Assembly (NCBI GenBank): GCA_033442325.1
Contig: JAWQFM010000031.1
Location: forward strand, 417,760-481,759
From: Salpingoeca rosetta
Lineage: Eukaryota > Protista > Choanoflagellata
DNA: 64,000 nt
Direction: 5' to 3'
Part shown: positions 10,601 through 27,703 of the stretch, in pieces
How positions within the stretch are numbered: position 1 is the stretch's first letter
Layout of the letters: the number at the start of each line of letters is the position of its first letter
Program-made: the position numbers and the translations under genes
Notes under the pieces: generated by a model
What the model saw: the letters and a program-made list of their open reading frames with translations, nothing else
Database searches by the model: none
What the model was told of the DNA's origin: nothing

Positions 10601-13600
10601 TGGACAGCAAGACCAGCGTTCGTCACATGATGCCCATGGCGAGCCAAGTGTATTTAATTTGAAGCTGGTGAAGGACGTTGAGGCAAACCTCATCCAAGAT
10701 GCGAAGAATTTGGTTGCGGACCTGCATCGCTCCCACACAAACGGCACCATTGCGCACGTTCTCATCCAGCTGCAGACGCTGGCGGACAACTTTCAGTGCG
10801 TCCGCGATGAAGTCACAAGCGATATCTGTGCTTTCTTGGACACACTCGATGACAAGGGCAGTATGCGCATACCCAAACTTGGACTGTATCTTGACCAGCT
10901 GCAGTCCCCAGAGGCACAGCGCGTGCTGCAGGTGTACGATGTGTTCACCGGGTACCTTCGTCGCCTCTTCAACAACAAGATCAGCTCTGTGGGCATCGAC
11001 GACGCGCTCAAGACGCTTCGGGAAGGAGGCATAAACGAACTCACACTCGAGCACTGTGACGAGCTGAAGCGCATGTTTGATGAATTCCTCAAGCAGTATC
11101 ACAAGAACTTGAAGATGATCATAGATGGGCCAAAGGCAGTAGACGAACTTGCTGCAAGTGCGAGGGCTTGTGCTGCCGAGATCACAAAGAACCCAAACCT
11201 TCACGCTCAGGGCATGGAGTGGACGGCTCCAATGAGGTCGCGGCTGCCGACACTGATGGCGCACATCTTTGGCATGTGGACGCTGCACCATGCCAGCAAC
11301 CCCAACCAGGCCCGTGAGGAGTTCCTGCAGCCGCATCCTTCCCAAGCCCTGGCCATCTTTCGCCTGCTCGGTGTTGGCACTGAGAAGGGCGAGCTGCACT
11401 CCAACATGGTGCAGGTCCTGACGGGACAAGGAAAGTCCGTCATCTTGGCTGTCACGGCATCTGTGCTTGCGCTGTACGGCATGCACGCCAGCGTTGCCTG
11501 CTACTCCGAGCACCTCAGCGTTCGCGACTACTACGCCTTCTCATTCTTGTTTGACAAGCTGGGCGTGGCTGAGCATGTTGAGTACGGCACGCTCAACGCC
11601 CTGTGCGAGTCGCACATCAACAAGGAGGGCGACATCCGCGAGCGCGTGCAGCACTTGATCCAAGAAGACAAGTTCCAGAAGCCTGGGTGGATCAAGCGCG
11701 CCAAGGACAAGGCTGCTGCCTTGAAGGACAAAGCAGCAAGCTTCCTGCCTGGAAGTGCCAGTTCCTCCAAGGTCCCGCGCCCTCGCGTGCTGTTGATTGA
11801 CGAGGTGGACGTGGCACTCGACCCAAGCATCATGAGCGACACATACGCGCCCAACTGCAAGGTGACCAACGAGGCTGTCAAGAACTTGGTGATGCACCTG
11901 TGGGACAATCGCACAACTGGACTCACGTTTGCGAAAGTGGCCAACTCAACGCAGTATGAGAACCTCCAACAGCAGTTTGCCAAGCCCTACCACGACCTCC
12001 TCCGGAGCTGCGTGAACGCCATGATTGTTGACCTGCAATCGTATGAGAAACACGGGTACGTGTTTGAGGGCGGCCGCATCGGTTACAAGCTGCACGACAC
12101 CGTCAACTACAAGATGCGCATGCGCTACAAGACCTTGTTCGCGCTCATGCACGAGCTTGAGAAGGTGGGAATCGACGTTCACACTTCAAAGGACGTGGCC
12201 AATGAGGTTGCCTTCTTCATCAACTGCGGCGCGTTCTCGTATTTTGAGGTGCAGCGCACATTTGCTTGCACGCTCGGCGTGACGGGCACGCTCAAGGACC
12301 TGTCTGCTCCCGAGTTTGGGGTGCTGAAGGAAGACTACGGCATTCACACGTACACGGTGATGCCGTCCATGTTTGGCGCGTCGCAGCTGAAGCCGTTTGA
12401 GACAAACGACCTGATGATTGTGTCGGCTGATCATTTTCACCTTACCATCACCCAGGAGATTAGCAAGCGCCATGGGCAGGGCCGTCCGGTGATTGTTCTG
12501 TTTGAGACGGAGCGAGAGCTGCAAGAGTACTATCGCCACGACTCCCTCGGCGCCTTCATGCAGCACTTGCAAATCCTGAGCGAGACATTGGATGCTTTGG
12601 AGAAGGATGATATTGTGTGCAAGGCAGCGCAGCAGAAGCGCATCACGCTGTGCACACGCTCGCTTGGGCGCGGTGTGGACTTCCAGGTGCGTGACCCGGC
12701 CGTTGGAAAACTGGGCGGTGTGCACGTGCTGCAGACGTTCCTGGCAGAGACGATGGCTGAGGAGCGGCAGTGCATGGGGCGCACGGCTCGGCAGGGTGAG
12801 CCGGGCAGCTACTCGATGGTGCTGTGCCGTGAGCAGCTGAAGAAGTTTGCCGTGGATGATGACGAAATGTACAGGTGCCAAAGTGCGGTAGCACTTCGCG
12901 ACTACCTGCGCAAGAAGCGCGATGAGGCACATGCAGTAAGGTTTCAGGAGACCAGCGAGGAGGCAAGGTCCTTGAGCGAGCAGCACGAAGAGTCGATGGC
13001 GTTGGTCGTGGATCTGCACCACGAGCAATTCGAGTCAGTGATCAACACACTCGAGCGATGGAATCATACCCACACAGTTCTCCCACATCTTTCTCGGACT
13101 CTGTATGCATTGGATGTCACTCTCTCCATGGGCGCAGCTCTCAAGCAGACACAGGAGGCGATGGAGGATGTCTTTGGACGCGTTGAAAAGATCCTCGAAA
13201 ATGAAGGTCTGTACAACAAGACTGGTATTGCTGTTCAAGTGGCCGCGTACCGCAACTACAACGCAGAAGCGGACCAACTGCTCCAATTGTCCGGGTGGGA
13301 GCGGGAGCCGGGTGATTTGAAGGACTTCGTGTCTGGCCTGGAGGTGAACGGCGGCTGGGGCAACGAAGCGATCGAGGTTGCGCTTCAGCGCGCCAACACG
13401 GAGAAGGACGTGTCGCAGGTGATTTTGATTGGCGACGCACCAGCCAACACACCAGATGAGGTGACGCTGAAACGAGATTCGAAGGGCGAACAGTACTGGT
13501 CCAACGTTCCCGGGTATCCCGAGTTTGCCACATCCACGACCGCCGAGGCCGAGCTGCAGAAGCTGAAAGAGAAAGGCATTCCGGTTCATGCGTTCTACAT

Positions 13601-13784
13601 TCACCCGCGCGCAAAGAGCTTCTTCGAGCACGCCGCTCAAGTGACTCGTGGGCGCTGCGAGTTCCTGAACATCAACGCTGCATCTGGGGCTGTTCAGCTC
13701 ACGGATCTTGTTTCCGAAGAGCTGCTGCGGCGCGTGGGTGGCGATAAGCTCGTCGACACGTACCGAGCCACTTACTGCAAGTGA
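4641..13784 (+). CDS. Giant (~2,940 aa) protein: N-terminal P-loop GTPase, long helical rod, SecA-like SF2 ATPase, C-terminal vWA domain. Exons ~4641-4868, 5026-5581, 5743-13784
   Basis: GTPase: G1 VVFLGRSGAGKST (5332-5355), G2-like PESET, G3 DTP|GIGD across intron 5582-5742, G4-like FLFTKY. SecA-type motifs: QVLTGQGKS (~11412), LSVRD, EYGT, LIDEVD (~11800), GVTGT, TRSLGRGVDF, GGVHV, ERQCMGRTARQGEPGS (~12762). vWA: LDVTLSM (~13110), AYRNY, GGWGNEAIEVAL, LIGDAP. Splice phases are compatible; the first exon is less certain. Confidence 0.85.
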
Positions 13785-13789
13785 TCAGA

Positions 13790-13865
<76 letters not shown>

Positions 13866-14442
13866 CCATGCTTGTGCACGTGTGCATCCACATTCCTTCC
13901 ATTCCAAAACCCGTTACTTTTCTTCCCTTCCCACAGTTGGCGTTCTGTCCTTCTTGCTCCTCCGCACCCCAAAGTCCCCCTCCCTTCACTTCAACCCCCT
14001 TGCTTTCATGCATTCACTTGTAGACGACTTCTCTCTTCTCTCTGTTTTTCTGTGCTCCGATCGCCGTTGCATCCTTTGAGTTACCTGCCCCAAAGATCCG
14101 TTACCTTGCTTTCTCCTGTTACGTTGCGTTCTTCACGTCGTTGCGTTGTGTTGTTCCTTCGGCCACTTGTTTGTTTCGGCCGTCTTGCGAGCCGCGCGTT
14201 GAAATGTGCCGTTCCACCAAACCAGTCGTAAACCCCGCAACACGGACAATTCACGACGTGACATCCCTTTCATCTGTTTTACTGCACACTGCACTGGTAA
14301 ATGCGCAAGGCAATGTCGCAATGTCGCATGCCCATGTCACCGAGTAACCAGGGGAACAGACGTAACAAGCAGAAACGAAGCGAAGCGAAGCAAGCAGGCA
14401 AGTCACTGGCGGGCGACCAAACGACAATCCATCTGCGTTGTA

Positions 14443-19122
<4,680 letters not shown>

Positions 19123-19292
19123 AATCGCTTGTTGTTTTGTTGCGATGAAATGCACGCCTGGATTGCCTTGTTTGCTGTGTTCTGCCGCATTGCCGTTTAC
19201 TGACTGATGTGAATTGAACATCCTTCCTCCCCTTCTCTGTGCAGACACACAGACCCACCTCCACGCCCCCCCCAACACACACACAAAACCTA

Positions 19293-22200
19293 CTACACAA
19301 CGTCCTCACCCACCGCCCTTCTCTCCACATCATCACCAGGGTCGCTGACATCGTTGGAAAACGCCGCATACCCACGACCACCGCCGCCGCTACTGCTGCT
19401 GCCTGTGCTGTCACCCCTGCCTGCCTGTCTGTACCCCGTGAGCGCATACACGCCCCTGTGCCTCATCCGCCTTACCGCACGCCCCAGCGCCCGCCAGCCG
19501 AGCGTAACGCGGTCAAGCCTCCCTCGCGCGTCGTCCACGCGAACAGAGAGCACGTACCCGGCAGCCATCGCCGTGCCCACAGAGAGGATGAGGCCAACCC
19601 ACTCCGGATACGCGCCAAACCCAACTGGCAGGTCACCGAGCATGAAGCTGCACAGCGCGGCTAGCAGCGCATATGGGGCCTGCGTCACCACGTGCGCAGT
19701 GAGGTTGCACCGGCAGGCGATGGAGGAGAGGATGGTGGTGTCGGATATCGGGGAGCAGTGGTCGCCAAAGACGGCGCCCGCGAGGATGGACGAGATGGTG
19801 CCGTACACAACAGTGCGGTCGCAGGGGGCGGCCTGGTGTGCAGCAGGCAGGATGAGCGGAAACACGATGCCCATCGTGCCCCACGACGAACCCGTCACAA
19901 ACGCCAGCACGCCAGAGAGGAGGAAGGTGAGTGCGGGGTATGCGCCCGCCTGCACGCTGCCGGCGAGCGACGCGCTGATAAACGTGGCTGTGCCGCACAG
20001 CGTGAAGGCAGAGCCCACCGCCCACGCAAGCAGCAGCACAAGCACAGCAAACGTGAGGCTGCGCACCCCTGCCACCCACGTGTCCAGCGATGCCTGCAGG
20101 CACATGATGGGCGGGAACTTGCGCGCAAACCACACAACGTTCCCAGCAACGTCCACCCGCTGCGCCCACGTCAGCAGCCACACCGTCAGGGTCCCCAGCA
20201 CGCTGCCGTACAGCAGCGCATGGTACGAGTCGGAGTTGCCAAAGATGTGCTCACCAGAGAGGGAGAGGCCCAGCTTGCGACACTGCTCAACACCAGTCAC
20301 CACCAGCGCAATCACCACCATCACCGTCGTTACGATGACGGGCACGGCCGCGTTCCACCACCGCTTGGGCGTGTCTGGATTCGGCTCAAACTGCTTCAGG
20401 TCCTCATCAGCATCACCACCACCGCCCTCACCCCTGTTGTCGTTGTCATCATCGTTGTCGTTGTCGGTGGTGTGGGTGTCGCTCGCACCGTGGTTGTGAG
20501 CAGCGGCGCTGCTGCTGTTGTCGATGAACGTCATGTCCTCATAGTAATCATGACGGTCGTTGTTGTTGCTGCTGTTGGTGTTGCTGCCGTGTCCGTGTTG
20601 GCCTTCTTGTCCACCTGTCCTCGCCACCACACCGCCACTACCAAGCGTGGACGATGCTGACGATGAGGACGAGGGCGGTGACGTCACGCCGGACATGAGA
20701 TGGGAAGTTTCGTCCGCCGCATTCCCTGACGCAAGATGCCGCGTGCTGCCGGTTTTGCTGGGCGGGCTGGTGCGTGCGGAGACCGACACAGGCGTGGTTG
20801 CACCGCTGCTGTGGATGTCAACAGATGTCCATGTGTTTGGGGACGTGGAGCCAGACACCACTCCCTCTTCTCTGCCTGCCCTCTCTGCTCTGCCTGCTCT
20901 CGCCTTACTCTGCTCTTCACCACCATTACCGCGCCCATTCGCAAAAGCAGCCGCGTTCTCACCACCATCATCGCCGTCATCGTCGCCGCCATCACGCTCG
21001 TCCCCCAAGATGGGCGCAGTCTTGCTGTTGTAGCGGCCGCGCATCTTGCGCCGCCGCGTCGATGCCGGCAACGCCTTCAGCCCCATGCGCACGCCATCCC
21101 TCTCACCACCATTACCAATATCACCGATATCACCACCATCACCATCACCACCCATTACAGCACCATAGCCAGCGCGACGATCACCACCACCACCACCACC
21201 ACCACCACTGTCACCACCACCACCACCGCCACCAGCACGACCGCGTACACGCGCCTTTCGTTCCGCAGCCAGCATGGGCCCAAACTCTCGCTCGGCGATG
21301 ACAAGCAGCAGCTGCAGCGCAATCATGATAAACGGGTAGTAGCGGCCAGGGATGGTCTTGACGAAGATGACAAATGCGCTCGAGTCGTAGCACGTGACAT
21401 CCTCGCCAGTGGACGCAAGGTCGCGAAGCGTGTTCTCGATCAGGCTCAGCTCAAAGCCGACCCACGTGGAGATGGGGGACACGGACGTGACGGGGCTGGA
21501 CGTTGCGTCGACGAGAAAGGCCAGCTTCTCCCGCGATATGTGCAGCATATCCGTGATGGGACGCACCGTCTGTCCGACGATGAGCGTGTTGGCGATGCCG
21601 TCGAAGAAGATGAGCAGCCCCAGCACCATGGTGACGACGGCGCCGGCGCGCGGGGTGCGCGCGTAGCGGGAGAAGGCGCGCACGAGGCCGTCCCCGCCGC
21701 CAGACTTGAGGATGCACGCGACCATGCCGGAGAGGAACCAGGTGAAGAGGAGCACCTCTGCGTGGCCGCGGTCTGCCAGCGCATCCAGAATCATCGTGTC
21801 AAAGGAGCGCGTGAAGGCGGCAATGGGGTTGAACCGGTAGATGATGAAGCACGCCATGAACACGCCCGTGTACAGGCTGAACAGCACGTTCCGCGTGAAC
21901 ACCACCGCGGCAATGGTGAACAGCGGCGGCAGCAGCGACAGCCCGCCGTAGATGACGTGCGTGTGGAACGACAGGGACGCCACCTCCGTGGCCGGGTCGC
22001 TGAAGTTGCTCTGCAACGCCAGCTGCAGGTGGTAGGTGTGGTAGCCGACGTCCCTGTCCGAGACGGCAAAGGTGCGGTGGGTGTCCAGGGCGTTGAAGAC
22101 CGGGTCCACCGCGGAGAAGTTGCCGGCGGAGACCACGTGCTTGTGGCGCACGACTTGGTAGTAGATGAGCGTCTCATTGGTGTATGGCGTGCGCGCAGGG

Positions 22201-22331
22201 TCCCAGGAGAAGTCTGCTGTGAAGGTCCACGGCTCGCTGCGCAGAGCAACCACCGGCGTGTCCTGTATACTCTCCAGCACCAGCTGTGCGGCAGTGCCAG
22301 GCATGCTGCCGAGGAGGCCAGCAGCCACAAG

Positions 22332-22363
<32 letters not shown>

Positions 22364-22364
22364 T
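19293..22364 (-). CDS. Na+/H+ antiporter NhaC-family (IT superfamily) membrane transporter with N-terminal signal peptide; single exon
   Basis: Motifs LSLLPPL, ISREKLAFLVDATSSPVTSVSPISTWVGFE, FVTGSSWGTMGI and GAVFGDHCSPISDTTILSS, with many hydrophobic segments. Confidence 0.9.
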
Positions 22365-23523
22365 TGGTGGGGTTTGCGTTGTGGGTGATTATGTTATGGT
22401 TGGTTGTGGGTGTTGTTGCGCCCTCCACTCCTTCTTCTGCTTTGGAGGTCTGCTGAAAAATGGGTGAATTCATACACAAATCCTCCACAACTGCGTGAAT
22501 TTGACAGGGAATGATGATGAGGGTCGTTGGTAGTGTTGTTGTTGTTGTTGCTGTTGTTGGTGTGTTGCTGGTATTAGTGTTGTTGTTGGAGTGTGTTGGT
22601 GTTGTTGTTGGAGTGTGTTGGTGTTGCTGTTGGAGTGTGTTACAACTTCGCATGTGTTGCTTCGTGCTTGTGTGTTGCATGGTGCTGCTTCCCTGCAAGC
22701 ACGCAAACGCCCACATTGCAATTGAGCATCAGTTCACTGTCTCTCTCTCTCTCTCTCTTGGTTTGAGGGCAACAGTGTCAACAAACAAAGCGAGCATGGC
22801 GCACATGCTGGCTGGTGTCACATTGACAAAGAACAACGAACAACAGCAGCACACGCACACAAGCGAAGGGAAAGGAAACAACAGCACATGAGAGAGAGAG
22901 AGAGAAAGCAAAGGATCACAGCTAGAAGGAGGAGAAAGCAACAATGAAGGGCAAAATGAACGACATGCACGTGTGTAATGCAAGTGTATGTGTGTTTGTG
23001 TGTGTGGCGAGTGTGTGCGCGTGCAAGAAAGAAGACACCACAATGACGAATGACGACACGAGCAAGTCAAACAAGCAAACAAACAAACAAAACCAGCAGA
23101 CATGAGACGAGCACGCATGCTAAAACAACAGCAAAGGTGAAACGGGAACAGAAGAACGACGAACAAAGAACGACGCGTGAGGAAAAATGTACAAGTGCAA
23201 ACAAGCAACGGTCAGCAGCAAGAGAAATTGTGAAGGGTATGATTGATTGTGTAAGTGTGTGTGTGTGTGTGTGTAAGTGCGGCTGGCTGTGTATGTGCGG
23301 TTGTGTTGTGCACTATCCTGGGTTGAACAGGGTGACAATGCACAGTGGGCATGGAGAATGGCCTGAGATGGGCAATGGGGGGGGGAGTGAGCGGGGAGTA
23401 TGTGACAAACAACAACAACAGCAGCAGCAGCAGCGGCGGCAGCAGCGTGTTGTGGTGACGATAGCACACACGCCTGCCAACCCGCCACCATTGCCATCGG
23501 TGTGCAAAGTGTTGGTGTCACAA

Positions 23524-24826
23524 TCAGCTGCTAATCTCTGTCGATTCCTTCAGGATCTTGACATACAGCGCCAGCCGCTCTGCCCCGTTCTCCTCGCACA
23601 CCACATCCGTCGCCTAATGGTGTGTGCGTTTGTGCGTTTGCGTGTGTGTGTTGTGTGTATGTATGATAATGTCAGTTTGTGCGTTTGTGTGTGTGTGTGT
23701 GTGTGCGAGTGTGTATGATAATGTCAGTTTGTATGTGGTGCGTGTGTGCGCGTGCACGTGTCAGTTTGTGTATGTGTGTGTGTGCGTGTGCAAGGTCACA
23801 ATGAGCGGCGTGCTGGTCAGGGTGCCTGCAAGGGCTGCCGTGAATCAGCACATTGACACGACACACGTGTGCACGCACTCACCGCAAGCGCTGCCGGGCA
23901 CGCGTTGAAGGAGCAGAAGCCAAGCGTCGCCCGCTCAAGGGCCATCTTGTCGTTCACTTCGTCGCTGTACACAACAACAGGCTCCTGCCACACGCACAGG
24001 GAAGGGGGGGGGGAGAGGCAACGGGGGTGGTGTAAATTGCAATGTGTGCGTGTAAGAGTATAGATGTGTGAGTGGTTGAGTTTGAAACGATGGAGGACGG
24101 GGCACCAACTATCAACGCTGGTGGGCACAATACGGCCACTCATTCACCAATGACCATCGACGAACCCCTGCCCCCACTACACTCCACGCCACTGCACAAG
24201 ACACTGGACCCCTGCACAACACCAAAACAACACCGCGCCTCTTCTCCTGGTGTACCTCAAACTTGTCGGCCGCGGCCTTGACGGCGTCTGCGAGGACGAG
24301 ATCGGGACCCGCCGCCAGCACGGCAGACTCGAGCTCCATCGCAGACACGCACTCCTGGTGGTGTGTGACAGAGTTGGAGGCGGTGTTGGAGGTGAGCAAG
24401 AGGTGGTGAGGTTGTGTTGGAGGTGAGAAAGATGTGAGAGGCGCATGTGTCCGTGTCATACGAAGTAGAACATCAGCACACACAGAGACGCAAAACACAA
24501 ACGGACAACCTCTTCCCTCCCCCTCCTCCTTACAAACACACACCGCGATGGTGCCTGAGCTGACGAGCATGCGTGTGTGGTCGAGGTTGATTGGTTTTCC
24601 GACGGCGACGGTGGTGAGCTGTGCAATGTCCCGCCGCGCATCCACGCCGGGACGCAGCAGCACCAGCAGCCGGAACCCGAGGGCCACCACCTAAGGAGGG
24701 AGGGATGGTGATGGTGGTGATGGTGATGGTGATGGTGATGAGGGCTTTGGTGGTTGCATTGCAGACAAATCAACACACAGACACAGACACAGATGCAGAC
24801 GCAGACACACACACGGACACACACAC

Positions 24827-24902
<76 letters not shown>

Positions 24903-25421
24903 CTTCTCTCTCGTCCCCCCTTCGCGCTCGCCCCTTTCATCGATGAGTTCGACAACGACAGCCAACAACGCACCCTCTTGATGGCAATGTTGGTGCGGTT
25001 GATGTTGGCTGGCGTCGCCGTGAGCATCACCGTCATACTCTTCACGCCACACAGCGGAACAAGGCGGTCTGCCTGCTTTACAGACATGCCGAGTGTCGAA
25101 AGTTTGCCGGCAAGTTTGGCAACTTTCTTCTTGTCGACGCCGCGCGGCAGGCGCTGTGCGGGCGGGGGGATGAACAGCGAGGGCCGTGTTGCCGACAGCG
25201 TGCACCGCTCCCCTGGTGGTGGCGGTGATAGTGATGGTGATGGTGATGGTGGTGTCGTCGTATGGTGGGAGAGTGGTGTGAGAGTGGTGTGATTGGAGAG
25301 GTTGGGACATATGTGGTGGTGTGATGGTGATTGTGAGGGAAACAAAAACAACAATAACAACAACGACAACGACAACAACAACAACAACAACAACAACAGC
25401 AACAACAACGACAACAACAGC

Positions 25422-25480
<59 letters not shown>

Positions 25481-25488
25481 CGACAACG

Positions 25489-25528
<40 letters not shown>

Positions 25529-26106
25529 CNNNNNNNNNNNNNNNNNNNNNNNNNNNNNNNNNNNNNNNNNNNNNNNNNNNNNNNNNNNNNNNNNNNNNNN
25601 NNNNNNNNNNNNNNNNNNNNNNNNNNNNNNNNNNNNNNNNNNNNNNNNNNNNNNNNNNNNNNNNNNNNNNNNNNNNNNNNNNNNNNNNNNNNNNNNNNNN
25701 NNNNNNNNNNNNNNNNNNNNNNNNNNNNNNNNNNNNNNNNNNNNNNNNNNNNNNNNNNNNNNNNNNNNNNNNNNNNNNNNNNNNNNNNNNNNNNNNNNNN
25801 NNNNNNNNNNNNNNNNNNNNNNNNNNNNNNNNNNNNNNNNNNNNNNNNNNNNNNNNNNNNNNNNNNNNNNNNNNNNNNNNNNNNNNNNNNNNNNNNNNNN
25901 NNNNNNNNNNNNNNNNNNNNNNNNNNNNNNNNNNNNNNNNNNNNNNNNNNNNNNNNNNNNNNNNNNNNNNNNNNNNNNNNNNNNNNNNNNNNNNNNNNNN
26001 NNNNNNNNNNNNNNNNNNNNNNNNNNNNNNNNNNNNNNNNNNNNNNNNNNNNNNNNNNNNNNNNNNNNNNNNNNNNNNNNNNNNNNNNNNNNNNNNNNNN
26101 NNNNNN

Positions 26107-26140
<34 letters not shown>

Positions 26141-26790
26141 ACACACACACGCACACGCACACGCACACACACACACACACACACGCGCATCACACTGTGT
26201 CCCCTTCCCCCAGTCAAAACACACACGCACGCACCACTGCCGACGGGGGAGGGCCCGAATCCGCCGGGGAGTGTGTTGTCGATAACCGTGTTGACCTCCA
26301 CCACCTTCTTCTCATATCCTTTCTCTGCGGAGAACTCGTACTGCTCTGCCGTCTCCCTCGCTGCCTTGAGGATGCGAATGTCCGCGGGCACGTGGTCCCC
26401 GGCCTGCAGAAACACGACATCGCCAACCACGAGCTCCTTTGTCGCCACCGTCGTCACGTCGCCGCCGCGCAGCACCGTGTACGTCCGCGCATACCGCTTG
26501 GCCACGTTTGACGCGGACCCGTACAACTGCTGCTCGATGTTTGAGGGCGTGTTCTCGCCGTACTTGCTCAGCCGCTGCACGGCGTAGCTGACGTTGAGTC
26601 CTTTCCTCGGGTCCACGCCCAGCATCTCGCACACCTCGCTCCCTTGCTTCTGGTGCACCATCTTCAGCCCAGACTCGTATGCAATCTTCACCTCCTTGGG
26701 TTCCGACGACGTCACCTTGGCCGGTGTGTTGTGTGCGGACAAGCCATCAATGTGCGCAAGCATGCGCTTCGCATCTACCTCGTTCGCCAT
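23524..26790 (-). CDS. Soluble P-type ATPase-like protein (N-terminal/actuator domain plus degenerate P domain; no TM helices, no N domain), ~410 aa as visible. Exons 26790-26235, 25212-24974, 24690-24544, 24354-24256, 23984-23883, 23613-23524
   Basis: [17 protein letters not shown] (cation ATPase N-terminus); VLRGG...[23 protein letters not shown] (A domain); [20 protein letters not shown] (aligns to VTGDGVNDSPALKKADIG). All visible exons are GT-AG and join in frame (1233 nt). Confidence 0.78.
25349..25529. repeat. (AAC)n trinucleotide tract, intronic, running into a gap
   Basis: Direct sequence. Confidence 0.95.
25530..26106. other. Assembly gap
   Basis: Run of N. Confidence 0.99.
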
Positions 26791-27364
26791 GGCGTCTGCA
26801 CCAAAACAAGCAGAGCCATGTTGTTGACGCAAACGCACGTGTATGCATGTGCGCGTGTTTGATGCGTTGTAAGTGTGGTGTGTGCGTGTGTGAGTGTGTG
26901 TGTGTGTGCATACGTGTTTGAAGGGTAAGATTGGAAACAATTGTAAGGACAACCAATGAACAAGGTGCAAGCAAAGTGAAACAAGGGCTGATTCACGCCG
27001 TGAACAAGAGCAAATTTCACCATGTGAAACGACAAAATAAGGGCCCTCAAAACCACAGCATGCCAGAGCGATGAGCTAAGCCTCTTTACCGTCTTATCTG
27101 CGATGTGTGCCCACAAGCAAGGCCGCAGCCGTTGACCTGATGACGTGTGCTGTGCTGGTGTGGTGCGTGGTGGTTGTGGTGGGCGGGTGTGTTGGCTGCT
27201 GCTTGCGTTTTTCGATGCTCGTTGTCTTCCCCGCTCGTCGCTCCCAACTGGAATGATGAGGATCAGCAATATCTTCCATGAAAACCGCGACGACGAGCAA
27301 AATTGTGCAGCTGGTCCCGACAGCAAAAACAGAGGCGGCGTTGTGTGTGTGTGTGTGTGTGTGC

Positions 27365-27451
<87 letters not shown>

Positions 27452-27651
27452 TGACATACACAACAGCCTTTGCTGCAGTTGCTGGCTTTCTGTCACGCCA
27501 TCATGGAACATTGCCCGGCCCAATGTCCGCCTCACAGACGCAAACAAAAAGCAATATGTATGAAGAATGCAAGCGAAGAATCAACCTACAACAAACAAAA
27601 GCACGCACACGTAAAACGACATTCGCATTCACACACCCATCTCTCTCACGC

Positions 27652-27702
<51 letters not shown>

Positions 27703-27703
27703 G

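Noticed and set aside
11300-13000. Canonical secA or a bacterial contaminant
   Set aside because: The domain is embedded in a spliced gene with GT-AG introns and host-type flanks, lacks the SecA wing/scaffold and has no operon context.
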